The notes below the pieces were generated by a model that was not told the origin of the DNA, did no database searches, and was given only the letters and a program-made list of their open reading frames with translations. From an uncultured virus (IMG/VR IMGVR_UViG_3300025096_002805) (Duplodnaviria > Heunggongvirae > Uroviricota > Caudoviricetes): 64,000 bases of DNA. This document shows positions 1 to 9,892 of the stretch, one piece after another. The first letter of the stretch is position 1, and each line of letters starts with the position of its first letter. Position numbers and translations under genes: made by a program. The stretch lies in the IMG/VR virus record IMGVR_UViG_3300025096_002805; one strand, written 5' to 3'.

Positions 1-230
1 ATCTGATCCGCAGTCTTAGCCTTTGGTGACTTTTTCTCCTTTTCGGATCTTTTAAACATGTTTTTAAGTTTCTTCCACATAGTAAATATATATACACCAA
101 CATTATACCTCTTTGTCTCAAAAACGCCGTGAGAGGGCATTTACGGGCCATTAAAGGCTATATTTAGGACAAGTAATGAATAGATAAAAACCACCCCGAA
201 GGGTGGCTTGCAATAATATTATTTTAATTA

Positions 231-1445
231 TTAACTTACTTGAAAATCTGGATAAGCAGTATGGCCATGTTCTAAAAGATCTAACCCTTTAGCTTCTAGC
301 TCGCCATTTATTCTAACCCCTAATGCCTTTTTGATACTACCAAATACTAGCAAAGAAAACAAGAAAGAAAATAAGCTTATTACTAATGTTCCAAATAATT
401 GAATTAGTATTGAATGCTCTGAAGAAAATATGCCTACGGCAACCGTTCCCCATACGCCGCACACTCCATGAACAGCGATAGCACCGACTGGATCGTCAAT
501 CTTAATCACTCTCTCAATAAAAGAGGAAGCGAAGCACAATATAATACCGGCGATAGCCCCGATTGCGCATGCACTCCAAATGCTAACTACATCTGCCCCT
601 GCGGTTATACCCACTAATCCGGCTAGCACGCCATTCGTTGTCATAGTATAATCTGGCTTCTTTGATTTAAACCAAGAGAAAAGCATCGCAGATAGAGCAC
701 CGGCTGCAGCCGAGAGGGATGTCGTCACGCACACGAGGGATACAGAGGCGGGATCTGCGCTTAATACGCTACCTCCATTGAACCCATACCAACCAAACCA
801 TAGTAGGAAAACGCCAATAGCCACTAAAGGCATACTATGGCCCGGTAGAGCGTTTATTTTGCCGTCCTTATACTTATCTGCCCTAGGCCCTAAAATCCAA
901 GCACAAGCTAAAGCAGCAAACCCTCCGAAGGCATGCACGACACTACTACCTGCGAAATCATAAAATCCCATTTTATCTAGGAATCCTCCTCCCCATTTCC
1001 AAGCTCCAGCTATAGGATAAGCAACAGCAACTAATAAAGTAGCAAACAATAAGAAAGAAGATAGTTTTACCCTCTCCGCTACTGCTCCTGATACTATCGT
1101 TGCTCCTGTTGCTGCGAACATAGCTTGAAACAGAAAATCTGTCCAATATGTATAGTCAGCATATGTTTTTGTTAAGTTTGCTGTATCATCTGAAAAGCCG
1201 ATAGGCCCGCCTATGCTCAGCCAGCCATTAAATAGCTCACCGGGATACATTGTGTTAAAACCTATTAAAGCATAACTGATTAAACCAATACTAATAATAA
1301 AAAGATTCTTGAACAAAACATTAACTGTATTTTTCTGTCTTGTCAAGCCGACCTCTAAACTTGAGAAACCTAAATGCATAATAAATACCAACAAAGCTGA
1401 TATCAAAATCCAAAGGTTATCTATAATGAATTTTACGTCTTCCAT
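231..1445 (-). CDS. amtB: Ammonium transporter (Amt family)
   Basis: Multi-TM protein with Amt motifs ATIVSGAVAER, DFAGSSVVH, WFGWYGFN and DDPVGAIAVHG. Confidence 0.95.
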   Translation of the reverse strand: MEDVKFIIDNLWILISALLVFIMHLGFSSLEVGLTRQKNTVNVLFKNLFIISIGLISYALIGFNTMYPGELFNGWLSIGGPIGFSDDTANLTKTYADYTYWTDFLFQAMFAATGATIVSGAVAERVKLSSFLLFATLLVAVAYPIAGAWKWGGGFLDKMGFYDFAGSSVVHAFGGFAALACAWILGPRADKYKDGKINALPGHSMPLVAIGVFLLWFGWYGFNGGSVLSADPASVSLVCVTTSLSAAAGALSAMLFSWFKSKKPDYTMTTNGVLAGLVGITAGADVVSIWSACAIGAIAGIILCFASSFIERVIKIDDPVGAIAVHGVCGVWGTVAVGIFSSEHSILIQLFGTLVISLFSFLFSLLVFGSIKKALGVRINGELEAKGLDLLEHGHTAYPDFQVS

Positions 1446-1458
1446 ATCTAATTACTTT

Positions 1459-1474
1459 AGCATTTGGTATGCCA
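1459..1474 (-). promoter_or_regulatory. sigma54-like promoter of amt
   Basis: Minus strand TGGCATACCAAATGCT, i.e. GG-N10-GC, 13 nt before the ATG. Confidence 0.5.
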
Positions 1475-1600
1475 TTTAAAAAACCACGTAAATAGCAATA
1501 AAAACTAATGTCGACATGAAGGATTTTATACATGATGACAAAAAACCCCCCACCCGTTAAGGTGAGAGGTTTCGTATGCTCTCTGAACTATCGAGAACTT

Positions 1601-1897
1601 TTACTTGAGCTCAAAGGTAACGCCCTTCGTAACACCCAAGACAACGTTAGCGATCCAAGCATAAGCTGCTCCGCCGATCCAACCGCCGATACCTAGGGCA
1701 GCGACACTAGTTAGATCACCAGTAACAGCAGTACTAACCGCTTTAATTGCTGCGTCAACGTCCCCAAGACCTCCTGCTCCGACCAAGGCCAGAACCGGAA
1801 GAACTATGGCTGCAATGATGCCTGTAGCAACCCCTAGCAAACCCATAAAGTTTGCAAAAGGAATTACGCCAAGTGATTTGATTGTTAATTTCTTCAT
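1601..1897 (-). CDS. Small membrane protein
   Basis: 98 aa with two Gly/Ala-rich hydrophobic segments, followed by a terminator-like hairpin near 1545-1570. Confidence 0.7.
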   Translation of the reverse strand: MKKLTIKSLGVIPFANFMGLLGVATGIIAAIVLPVLALVGAGGLGDVDAAIKAVSTAVTGDLTSVAALGIGGWIGGAAYAWIANVVLGVTKGVTFELK

Positions 1898-1950
1898 ATT
1901 ATTATATAATGAATACTTATTTACACTAGTTTAATCTAGATAACTTCAGA

Positions 1951-2685
1951 TTAGAAGCTATATCTCACTCCGGCCAACCAAGAGTGCTCCGAGTCCGCCT
2001 TATAAGAAGCGAAATTGAAGTTAGCTACGTCAAAATCGTTGTCAACCCAAGAGAAAGTTACAAAAGGACTAAGGCCCCAAAGTAATTCTCCCGAATATGA
2101 AACGGTTGCAGCAGCTCTAAATGACTCATAGTCGTCCAGACTGTACCAGCTTACGTCAGGAGTGAGGTCCCAACCCACTACAGGCAAGGTCCAACTTGTT
2201 TCCGCTCCTACGGCGTAACCCTTTTGATCCAAATCAAAATCGTTAATCAACTTAACATAAGGTGAAACGATAGGATTGACCAAACTGACCTTAGCAGCAA
2301 TTTCCGTGCTGTCAGGTACTTTAGGTGTTCCGCTCTGGTGTCTCCAAATCTCACCACTAACTCTCAGGCCAAAGTTCTCAAATCCGACTGTTTTCCCGAC
2401 GGCCAAGTTCCAATGGGACTCAGAGATGTCTTCGTTCGGACCTGCCAACAAAGCTCCACCAGAAACATCTAGTGAAAGAGCAGTATCGGCAAACAATGCA
2501 TTTGGCTTGCTAAATTTAGCAGCGATATATGGGGTTTCCGTGACTCTCGGCACGCCGTTAACGTGTAGAGTGTCAATGTAACCAGCCTCCAAGCTAATAG
2601 AAGTAGAAGGCGTAGTTACGGGTTCCTCTGCATAACTAAGATGCAGACCGACGACAGATAACAATAATGTTACTAATTTCTTCAT
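1951..2685 (-). CDS. Outer-membrane beta-barrel protein (TorF/Gcw_chp-like putative porin)
   Basis: Signal peptide MKKLVTLLLSV, amphipathic strands and C-terminal GVRYSF. Confidence 0.7.
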   Translation of the reverse strand: MKKLVTLLLSVVGLHLSYAEEPVTTPSTSISLEAGYIDTLHVNGVPRVTETPYIAAKFSKPNALFADTALSLDVSGGALLAGPNEDISESHWNLAVGKTVGFENFGLRVSGEIWRHQSGTPKVPDSTEIAAKVSLVNPIVSPYVKLINDFDLDQKGYAVGAETSWTLPVVGWDLTPDVSWYSLDDYESFRAAATVSYSGELLWGLSPFVTFSWVDNDFDVANFNFASYKADSEHSWLAGVRYSF

Positions 2686-2856
2686 AATAAACAAAGGTTA
2701 TTCCAGTTAGAATAATTGTACAGTAATCTTACACATTTTTCAAGCTTTTTTTTAAAAAAAATTCTCCTTGCGCTAAGAGCGCAAAAGACTACCTTTTCTT
2801 TGGGTAAACTAATAAAAATAAATTAATATAAATAAAAAAATTTAAATATAAAACTA

Positions 2857-3729
2857 CTAATTAGATAGCCAATCCAATACATGAATAGTAGGCTTCCATT
2901 CAAGATTTTCTTTAATTTTCGATATATTTCCACGAACAGAAAAAGCTTCTATTTTTTTAGGAAGACGATCAATTTTTCCGCCTGTACCACAAATAGCTAG
3001 AGCTATATCGTTAATAGAGGTGCACTCACCGTAAGCGACGTTAAAAACATCACCATTATGTTCAGAATTGTACCCTCCTGCTAAAATAGTTGCATTTATA
3101 ACGTCATCAACATGTACAAAATCCCTTTCGTTCTCCCCTGAACCAAAAATTGTCAAAAATTTGTTATTTTTATGTTGTTTCTGAAGGATCGGTACAACTC
3201 CTTCTTTGGTTCCGGGGCCAAATACGTTAAAATATCTTAAACAGACAGTGTCTAAGCCATAATATTCAGAATATAGCTTGCAATATTTTTCTACTGTTAA
3301 TTTTTGAAGTCCGTAAGGGCTTAAAGGCTCCGTTGGAGAAGTTTCGCTATAAGAATCCAAGTCACTCTCACCATACACGGCGGAGCTAGAAGCAAAGACG
3401 AGGCGCTTAACTCCAACCTCTCTGCAAAGCTCTAACAAGTTGAGGGAACCAACAACATTTGTATTATGATACGAAATAACATTATTATGCGAAGCTTGTA
3501 AATCCTTTTTCGCGGCTAGATGATAGACAACGTCAATTCCTTCAATAATATTTCTTAATTTAGTAAGATGTGTATAATTGCAAATATCTGACCAAACATA
3601 TCTTTGTTCTGTTGCATGTTTTTCACTTATTTCACTATCTATGCTAATTACATCATGCCCCGCCTCATTTAGCCTTTTAACCAAATGTGTTCCTATAAAT
3701 CCTGTGCCGCCTGTGACTAAAGCTCTCAT
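2857..3729 (-). CDS. NAD-dependent epimerase/dehydratase (GalE-like)
   Basis: GGTGFIG, SSSAVYG, YGLQK and LRYFNVFG. Confidence 0.9.
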   Translation of the reverse strand: MRALVTGGTGFIGTHLVKRLNEAGHDVISIDSEISEKHATEQRYVWSDICNYTHLTKLRNIIEGIDVVYHLAAKKDLQASHNNVISYHNTNVVGSLNLLELCREVGVKRLVFASSSAVYGESDLDSYSETSPTEPLSPYGLQKLTVEKYCKLYSEYYGLDTVCLRYFNVFGPGTKEGVVPILQKQHKNNKFLTIFGSGENERDFVHVDDVINATILAGGYNSEHNGDVFNVAYGECTSINDIALAICGTGGKIDRLPKKIEAFSVRGNISKIKENLEWKPTIHVLDWLSN

Positions 3730-4352
3730 CTCCAATATTTATTTATAAACTCATCTTCTATATCACCTTGCTTGTCTTCATTCATAGAAAAATGACAAAA
3801 TTTAGCCTGTGTCGATTTCTCGCCACCATTCCAAAATCTCCAAAACCATTCTTCAGGAAAGAGCTTATGTTCGTAGTTCCCAATCTTAAGTATTAGGGTC
3901 ATGACGTTATCAACTTGAGTGCCAAATAAGTCTTTGTTCTCTATGTAGTTTTCCCACATAAAGTTATGCTTATCTGCGTTAAATTTCACAATACAATCAT
4001 TATAGCCCGAACAGCCAAGCTTTTCTCCTTTTACCATGTAAAGACTATCATCTAATTCAAATAATTCGTCTATATTGTCATGAATTACCACATCTAGGTC
4101 GATATTTATACAAGGCCCCCTTAACACTCCTTTTTTAAAGAGCGCCATTCGGTTCCACCAGTGACCTAGGCCTTCATGTGGGAGAGGTCGAACGTCTATA
4201 TGACTTTCTTGGTGTTGTTTTATGCCTTTTGGGTCGTCAGTAAAGCAAATAAAGTTAAAAAAGAAAGAAGTGTTCCTTTTTACCATTGAATACAGTTTGT
4301 TCACATATTCAGAAGAGTATTTATCTCCTGTCTTAAAACAAACTACGTTCAT
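3726..4352 (-). CDS. Putative glycosyltransferase (GT-A-like, phage type)
   Basis: GDKYSSEYVNKL, FICFTD and IDLDVVI (DxD). Confidence 0.6.
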   Translation of the reverse strand: MNVVCFKTGDKYSSEYVNKLYSMVKRNTSFFFNFICFTDDPKGIKQHQESHIDVRPLPHEGLGHWWNRMALFKKGVLRGPCINIDLDVVIHDNIDELFELDDSLYMVKGEKLGCSGYNDCIVKFNADKHNFMWENYIENKDLFGTQVDNVMTLILKIGNYEHKLFPEEWFWRFWNGGEKSTQAKFCHFSMNEDKQGDIEDEFINKYWR

Positions 4353-4588
4353 TAGTCAACTTTAGCGCTTTTCTTGGCCTCGGCCTCCTCTTTTGCCTGT
4401 AACGCTTCCGCTTCATCAATCTTTTTCTTTACCTCTAGGAGTTGCTCTTCAGTGGCATCGGAAACGAACGCCTTAGCCCTAGTTTTAGCTTCTTCCGTTA
4501 TCAGGTGATATACATGCGAAAAGGGGATATTATTTAAAATATCATTTCCTATTCTTTCTTCTAATTTTTTTGCTTCTTCTATTGTCAT
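4352..4588 (-). CDS. Hypothetical protein
   Basis: ORF translationally coupled to the downstream gene. Confidence 0.65.
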   Translation of the reverse strand: MTIEEAKKLEERIGNDILNNIPFSHVYHLITEEAKTRAKAFVSDATEEQLLEVKKKIDEAEALQAKEEAEAKKSAKVD

Positions 4589-4875
4589 AATTTATTTAAA
4601 TTTTTTTATATTTTTTTTGTATTGACACATAAGTTTTAATATTTCATCTATATGTTTTGGGTCTTGTGAACTTGTTAGCATGGAGGTCCGATACATAACC
4701 TGAGAGACGAACTGGTTCGTGTGCACCGATACCGCCCAAGTGTCCTCCTTTTTAATCGGAGTATTTGCCATTAATTATGCGGAAGTTACGGGCTTGGTGC
4801 GTTTCCTAAGGTATTTAGGTTTGACTAGAACCTTCTCTTTATATTCATCAAGAGTCTTAATTCCAAAAATTTTTG

Positions 4876-5373
4876 CTAAAATTCTACGTACCATGTGCTA
4901 TCCTTCTGTTCTTTCGTTAAATTCATGAATTTACCGTACATTGGTTCAAAAAATCTTGGTTGATTGCTTCCGTCAAAGAAAACGTTTATTGAATGAGCCG
5001 ACCTTGACGAGTTTTTGTAAAAAATAATTCCCGCTAGCACCGAGTCAGCGTTTGTCTCGTTCTTTTTACCTTTAGCGCGTTCTGAGAAGGTGTAGGGATT
5101 GGCTTCGGCATGTAAAAGCTTCAAATAAGTCTTAAAAGAGATTGACAAGTCCTCGCAATCAAAGTTTGGCTTCCAATCTGAGTTATTTATCCCTTTTCCG
5201 AAGTCAAAAATGGACAACCATGCCTTAAATCCCTTATAGGCTTCTCTTTCTACCCACTTTAAGTCCAGATAAGCGTAGTCTTTATCTGTAGTTGGGTCGT
5301 TTTTGTTATTTGGGAATTGGCGTGCTACTAAATCTTTAAGCAATTTATTATTGATTGTCCTTGCGTCATCCAT
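4876..5373 (-). CDS. Hypothetical protein, possible papain/transglutaminase-like fold
   Basis: FDCED...HSINV...FFEP suggests a Cys-His-acid triad. Confidence 0.4.
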   Translation of the reverse strand: MDDARTINNKLLKDLVARQFPNNKNDPTTDKDYAYLDLKWVEREAYKGFKAWLSIFDFGKGINNSDWKPNFDCEDLSISFKTYLKLLHAEANPYTFSERAKGKKNETNADSVLAGIIFYKNSSRSAHSINVFFDGSNQPRFFEPMYGKFMNLTKEQKDSTWYVEF

Positions 5374-5374
5374 T

Positions 5375-5563
5375 TTAATACATAATTATATCAGAGTCTT
5401 CGTCTTCCTTGGAGTATTCGGAGCTTTTTGCTTTTTTCCATTTAGATTGGCAAACCGCGTATCTTTGTTTAGAATCAGCAAACTCTTTAACCATTACGCC
5501 GTCTTCCATGCATCTAGTCAGATACTTCTTCTTCTTGTCTCCTTTGGGGGTTGGTATGGGCAT
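5375..5563 (-). CDS. Small hypothetical phage protein
   Basis: 62-aa ORF in an operon context. Confidence 0.6.
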   Translation of the reverse strand: MPIPTPKGDKKKKYLTRCMEDGVMVKEFADSKQRYAVCQSKWKKAKSSEYSKEDEDSDIIMY

Positions 5564-5580
5564 TATTTGTCCTTTCGTTT

Positions 5581-5739
5581 TTAGTCTTCTTCCTCACATT
5601 CTCCATGGCACGTATCTTCAAAACAGCTTGGGTTTGTGCAGTGCATAGCTCGCACCACCCGACCTTTTCTTGTTATAACCTTTTTCAAGTCTTTATCTAA
5701 AGCTTCTTCAAGTAGTTTGGGGTCTTCGTGAGGTATCAT
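5581..5739 (-). CDS. Small Cys/His-rich protein (52 aa, not in ORF track)
   Basis: Hand-translated MIPHEDPK...HCTNPSCFEDTCHGECEEED. Confidence 0.55.
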   Translation of the reverse strand: MIPHEDPKLLEEALDKDLKKVITRKGRVVRAMHCTNPSCFEDTCHGECEEED

Positions 5740-5956
5740 ATTAATGTTTACACACTGTATATATCACAAACGCTTTTTTTTAACAATCGGCCGCGGATTT
5801 TTTTCGATTCGTATATTGGAAACACCAGAGAGCTTCGGGGAGAATGAAAAATAGGCCACCCCCGCTCTCCTGCGCTTGTCAAGGCAAAAGTTTTTTCATA
5901 AATACCCCACTTTGTTGTTGACATATGTCCTAACCTGTGCTATCATTTTACCAGTT

Positions 5957-6157
5957 ATGAGGGATAAGATGAAGAACCAATACATCGATTGGCTCAACGC
6001 GCGCGACGCCCGCAGGGTTGTTGCTCCCGTTGAGGGACACGAGGGTTATCGCGTGGTCAGCGCGATGACGGTGCGCGACCTCCAGCAGGATGACTTCGCC
6101 TCACCGGTGGAGGAGGACTGCGGGTGGTTCGGTTACGAAGGTCTTTGCGAAGACTGA
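5957..6157 (+). CDS. Early small hypothetical protein
   Basis: ATG just after promoter 5918. Confidence 0.7.
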   Translation: MRDKMKNQYIDWLNARDARRVVAPVEGHEGYRVVSAMTVRDLQQDDFASPVEEDCGWFGYEGLCED

Positions 6158-6162
6158 CGCCG

Positions 6163-6236
6163 TAACTCACTGAGCTCCAACAACTTAGAGCTCACCACCT
6201 CCCCCCCGCCGCAAGTCATTGGTAATCAACGACTTA
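6163..6236. repeat. Paired-palindrome element 1 (core C-rich on +)
   Basis: taactcactg-agctc-caacaactta, 24 nt, caagtcattg-gtaat-caacgactta. Confidence 0.9.
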
Positions 6237-6309
6237 CGCATCGAAAAAAAAGTGAAAAAAAGTGAAAATAAAGCTTGCAATTTTCTGAGATTGTGCTATA
6301 CTATCTTCA

Positions 6310-6507
6310 GTGAGTGAGAGAAAGAACAACGAAATAAATAAGATGAATAAGAACAACGAAATAGTGAACCCTATCGACAATGGCCAAGTGATTACCAGCG
6401 AGGTGTTGGTGTCCTGCTGCGGATGCAACGAAGAGCTTCGCATCACCCGCGAAGAGGCTGACGAATGGACTGATACCGATTGGTTCATGTGCCACGAGTG
6501 CGAATAA
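6310..6507 (+). CDS. Early small Zn-ribbon protein
   Basis: CCGC...CHEC; GTG 7 nt after the -10 box. Confidence 0.7.
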   Translation: MSERKNNEINKMNKNNEIVNPIDNGQVITSEVLVSCCGCNEELRITREEADEWTDTDWFMCHECE

Positions 6508-6547
6508 AAGCTTGACTTTTACTGAATAATCTGATACCATATAGCAA

Positions 6548-6763
6548 GTGAGTACGAAAATGACAGCATACGAGATGACAAGCAAGATGATAAGGAAGCC
6601 GAAGCCTGATGCACTCAAGCGCCTTGAGGCAGCACAGGCACAAGCGCGTAAGCAGAAGCGCATGATTAAGGAAGCACTCGAAACAATCCGCTTGAATAAG
6701 CCATACAAGCGCAGTGAGGATGCACCGACCTTGAAAGAATGGAATGACAGTTGGATAGGATAA
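6548..6763 (+). CDS. Early small basic protein
   Basis: Has its own promoter at 6512. Confidence 0.7.
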   Translation: MSTKMTAYEMTSKMIRKPKPDALKRLEAAQAQARKQKRMIKEALETIRLNKPYKRSEDAPTLKEWNDSWIG

Positions 6764-6767
6764 TCAA

Positions 6768-7265
6768 ATGAAATACGGAAATCAAAACTATACAGTAGAG
6801 AAGATACTCATCGTGCTTGCTGTACTGTGGGGCATGGCTACCATATGCAAGGTAGCAGGGCAAGAGCATACCCATCGCACGCACACACTCACACGAGAGC
6901 ATAAGGTAGTAGCCATCACCATACTGGCAGAGGCAAGGGGTGAGGGCAACGCTGGTATGTATGCTGTGGCTGCTGTTATAGCACAGCGTTCCTTTGAGCG
7001 TAAGCGTACACCAGAGCAGGTATGTCTAAAGGCTTACCAGTTTAGCTGCTGGAATGGTAAGAAGGTGAAAGACCTTGAGCATCTACTCACGCTGCCACAG
7101 GGCAAGTACGCCATACTGTTAGCCAAGACAGTCAAGCACTTGAGCCGTAGCTATGTGGGCTATGCCAACCACTACCATGCCACATGGATGAAGAAGAAGC
7201 CCTACTGGGCCAAGGGCAAGAAGCCTGTCAAGGTGATAGGTCAGCACGCTTTCTATAAACTCTAA
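6768..7265 (+). CDS. Cell wall hydrolase, SleB/Hydrolase_2 family
   Basis: AEARGEG, YQFSCWN, HYHA, IGQHAFY and an N-terminal TM segment. Confidence 0.9.
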   Translation: MKYGNQNYTVEKILIVLAVLWGMATICKVAGQEHTHRTHTLTREHKVVAITILAEARGEGNAGMYAVAAVIAQRSFERKRTPEQVCLKAYQFSCWNGKKVKDLEHLLTLPQGKYAILLAKTVKHLSRSYVGYANHYHATWMKKKPYWAKGKKPVKVIGQHAFYKL

Positions 7266-7276
7266 TTCACATGCTC

Positions 7277-7351
7277 TAAGTAACTAACCGCCAACAACTT
7301 AGGGCTGCGCCCCCAGCCCCCGGCCGTAAGTCCTTAGTAATCAATAACTTA
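7277..7351. repeat. Paired-palindrome element 2 (C-rich on +)
   Basis: taagtaacta-accgc-caacaactta, 25 nt, taagtcctta-gtaat-caataactta. Confidence 0.9.
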
Positions 7352-7429
7352 CAACACGAAAAAAAAAGTGAAAAAAAGTGAAAATAATCCTTGACTTTAG
7401 GGGTAATCTATGGCATACTATATCCAGTT

Positions 7430-7588
7430 ATGAGAGATAAGAACATGAAAGAAAAAACGGTTAAGGTCAAGGGGCCTTGGGTTGATGGAGTGCAGACGGT
7501 CAAAGAGATCAGTCAAGAAGAGTGGACAAGTTACACGCCGCTAAACAGGCGCGTAAAAGGTGAATGGTTCAGAGTGGTAAAATGGTAA
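7430..7588 (+). CDS. Early small hypothetical protein
   Basis: ATG after promoter 7391. Confidence 0.65.
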   Translation: MRDKNMKEKTVKVKGPWVDGVQTVKEISQEEWTSYTPLNRRVKGEWFRVVKW

Positions 7589-7635
7589 AAAATAAAGCTT
7601 GACTTTTACTGAAAATCTGCTATAATAACTTTGTT

Positions 7636-7845
7636 ATGAGTGATAGAGAAAAACTACTAAAGCGATGGAGAAACCTTCCAGTAAACGAACGCGTGACTTG
7701 GGAGACTTTCAAGAGGCAACAAGCACCAAAAGTCATCCGTCAGTCAAGACCAGATGACGAGAAAATGCAACGAATGTTCGAGGCTGCTGAAGCAGTCGGA
7801 AGCGTACGGAACGATGAAATTTGGGACTTTGGCCCAGAATGCTAA
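7636..7845 (+). CDS. Early small hypothetical protein
   Basis: ATG after promoter 7599. Confidence 0.7.
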   Translation: MSDREKLLKRWRNLPVNERVTWETFKRQQAPKVIRQSRPDDEKMQRMFEAAEAVGSVRNDEIWDFGPEC

Positions 7846-7851
7846 AAAATC

Positions 7852-8016
7852 ATGAAGGAAGATAAATACGAAAAAACACTTGACCGCTTCTCCGGCAAGG
7901 TGCTAACCTGCGACATATGCGAAGCAGAAGACAGCGAAGAAAACGAAGTCAGGGAATGGGGTAACCCATACGACTGGGGCGTAATCTGCGAAGAGTGCGA
8001 CTGTCACGAAACATGA
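7852..8016 (+). CDS. Small Zn-ribbon protein (54 aa, not in ORF track)
   Basis: Hand-translated; CDIC...CEEC. Confidence 0.6.
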   Translation: MKEDKYEKTLDRFSGKVLTCDICEAEDSEENEVREWGNPYDWGVICEECDCHET

Positions 8017-8018
8017 TA

Positions 8019-8327
8019 ATGAAAAAAATTATCCTTTTTTTATTCTTATTCTCTGTTAGCTTAAATGCTGCTAGTTTAAAGATTGTGCCTGTTCAGCAAA
8101 AGACTTTGCCAAATGGTAATGCTTACGGATTGGAAAGTGGAGTATACTTTGAATTAACAGACTTGCATCCTTTTATAATGTATAAATTGCAATACTCTGA
8201 AGATTTAAAGACATGGAAAGACTTAGTTTGGCTTGGCACTCACAAGATAGCAATGACTTCGCCTTACTTCACTTGGAATCAGTTGCCGCCTAACCAATGT
8301 TTTTTTAGAATAGAAGAAGCTTGGTAA
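8019..8327 (+). CDS. Secreted hypothetical protein
   Basis: Signal peptide MKKIILFLFLFSVSLNA; tail YKLQYSEDLKTW...FFRI. Confidence 0.7.
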   Translation: MKKIILFLFLFSVSLNAASLKIVPVQQKTLPNGNAYGLESGVYFELTDLHPFIMYKLQYSEDLKTWKDLVWLGTHKIAMTSPYFTWNQLPPNQCFFRIEEAW

Positions 8328-8400
8328 ACCACTGAGCGCCAACAACTTACGCGCCGGGGGGGTTGGGCGCGAAGCTAAGTCCTTGATAGTCAATGACTTA
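8325..8400. repeat. Paired-palindrome element 3 (core inverted, G-rich on +)
   Basis: taaaccactg-agcgc-caacaactta, 26 nt, taagtccttg-atagt-caatgactta. Confidence 0.9.
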
Positions 8401-8464
8401 CGATACGAAAAAAAAGTGCAAAAAGGTGTTGACATCTTCGGCAAAGTGTGCTATCATATTCCCA

Positions 8465-8650
8465 GTGAGTGAGAGAAAAACAATGACTGAAATCTACGGA
8501 GCCAATTACGCCAAGTTTGTACGCCGCACCTTAAAGGTGACGAAGCATCCCTTTATCCCACGCGAAGAGCCAGTCAGCGAGGCGTTTGTACCACGAAAAA
8601 AAAGTGAAAAAAAAGTTGAAAAAGGGCTTGACTTTGTCCCTAAAGTGTGA
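8465..8650 (+). CDS. Early small hypothetical protein
   Basis: GTG after promoter 8429; its 3' end runs through the next promoter. Confidence 0.5.
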   Translation: MSERKTMTEIYGANYAKFVRRTLKVTKHPFIPREEPVSEAFVPRKKSEKKVEKGLDFVPKV

Positions 8651-8663
8651 TACCATTTTACCA

Positions 8664-8978
8664 GTGAGTGAGAGAAATAACATGAACCATTACTACATCA
8701 AGGATGAGGACGGATTGTTCCGTATGTTCGATGTGAGCCATGACGGGCTCGAGGACGCGATTGAGGTCGCCAACGAAATCGGCACAGATGTCATGCGTGA
8801 GCGTGACGGCGTGACCGAGCAGGTCTGGTCGTTTGAGGAGTCTGGCGAAACCGAGCCAGACGAGCCTTCCGACGGTTTCCATAGTGACGCGATGGCCGAT
8901 GCCGATGTGCTGGCCAGCGCGGGTTACGGAACTGACGAGGATTACGGTTGCTTCGACGACTACAACGACGGCTTTTGA
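8664..8978 (+). CDS. Early acidic protein
   Basis: Very Asp/Glu-rich, ends ASAGYGTDEDYG. Confidence 0.75.
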   Translation: MSERNNMNHYYIKDEDGLFRMFDVSHDGLEDAIEVANEIGTDVMRERDGVTEQVWSFEESGETEPDEPSDGFHSDAMADADVLASAGYGTDEDYGCFDDYNDGF

Positions 8979-8988
8979 GCCGTCGTGT

Positions 8989-9020
8989 GAGTGCTACGCT
9001 TTAAACGCAGCGTGACGCTC
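8989..9020 (+). repeat. Duplicated hairpin, copy 1
   Basis: 30 nt (8991-9020) identical to 12331-12360. Confidence 0.85.
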
Positions 9021-9030
9021 TTTTAAATTT

Positions 9031-9201
9031 ATGTCTCAAAACCATAATGAGACCATCCTCAAAAATCTTGAGGATTGGAAAAAGCAAAGGGCTGCAGCGG
9101 TCGTCGCAAAGGCGGAGCGGCAGCGGGTCAAAAAGGCAAGGCAGGAGCGCCAAACCTTCAATCGCGGATTCGGCTCAATTAGAGAGCTGTTAAGTCGTTG
9201 A
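9031..9201 (+). CDS. Small basic protein (56 aa, not in ORF track)
   Basis: Hand-translated MSQNHNETILK...RELLSR; the stop lies inside element 4. Confidence 0.6.
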   Translation: MSQNHNETILKNLEDWKKQRAAAVVAKAERQRVKKARQERQTFNRGFGSIRELLSR

Positions 9202-9264
9202 CTATCAACGACTTAGGTCCGGGGCCTCCCCCCGCGCCGCAAGTCGTTGGTAATCAGTAACTTA
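9191..9264. repeat. Paired-palindrome element 4 (C-rich on +)
   Basis: taagtcgttg-actat-caacgactta (perfect), 24 nt, caagtcgttg-gtaat-cagtaactta. Confidence 0.92.
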
Positions 9265-9338
9265 CGTATCGAAAAAAAAAGTAAAAAAAGTGAAAATAAG
9301 GCTTGACTTTTCCCGTTTTTTCTGATAGACTATATCAA

Positions 9339-9512
9339 GTGAGTGAGAGAAAGACAATGAACCTATTCAAGAAAAACCAAATGACGCTTAAGGAAATCGA
9401 ACGCTTTATGGATGCCAAGCGCAAGCGTGAAGCAGTACGGGAAAACCTTAAGAGAATCGGGAAAGCGGCTGAAATCGCAGTAGTGAGACAGCGTATGCCA
9501 AATATAGTTTAA
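9339..9512 (+). CDS. Early small basic protein
   Basis: After promoter 9303. Confidence 0.65.
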   Translation: MSERKTMNLFKKNQMTLKEIERFMDAKRKREAVRENLKRIGKAAEIAVVRQRMPNIV

Positions 9513-9556
9513 AATAAAGCTTGACTTTTAAGCTAAAATCTGATACGATATAACAA

Positions 9557-9850
9557 GTGAGTGAAAGAAAGAAAGAGATGAAAGAGAAAGAATACATAGA
9601 CTTCCTAAATGTCACCTTTAAGGTGAAACGAAATCCCAACTACAAGGGCAACCATTACCTTGCCACATGCAATTCAATCATGGGCAACACTTTCCCGCTT
9701 GGAACAACCAAGCAGGAGATGACTGACCAATTTCTTGAGCAGCAAGTCAACAACACGACTAAATACAAGGACATTATCCAAGTGGTTGAGATAGCCAAAT
9801 GTTTTGAGGATAGATCGCCCAAGGGAAGATTCCACAAAGATAACTACTAA
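9557..9850 (+). CDS. Early hypothetical protein
   Basis: After promoter 9521. Confidence 0.7.
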   Translation: MSERKKEMKEKEYIDFLNVTFKVKRNPNYKGNHYLATCNSIMGNTFPLGTTKQEMTDQFLEQQVNNTTKYKDIIQVVEIAKCFEDRSPKGRFHKDNY

Positions 9851-9892
9851 AAAGGCTTGACTTTCTCCTGAAAATCTGCTATACTAATTGAA

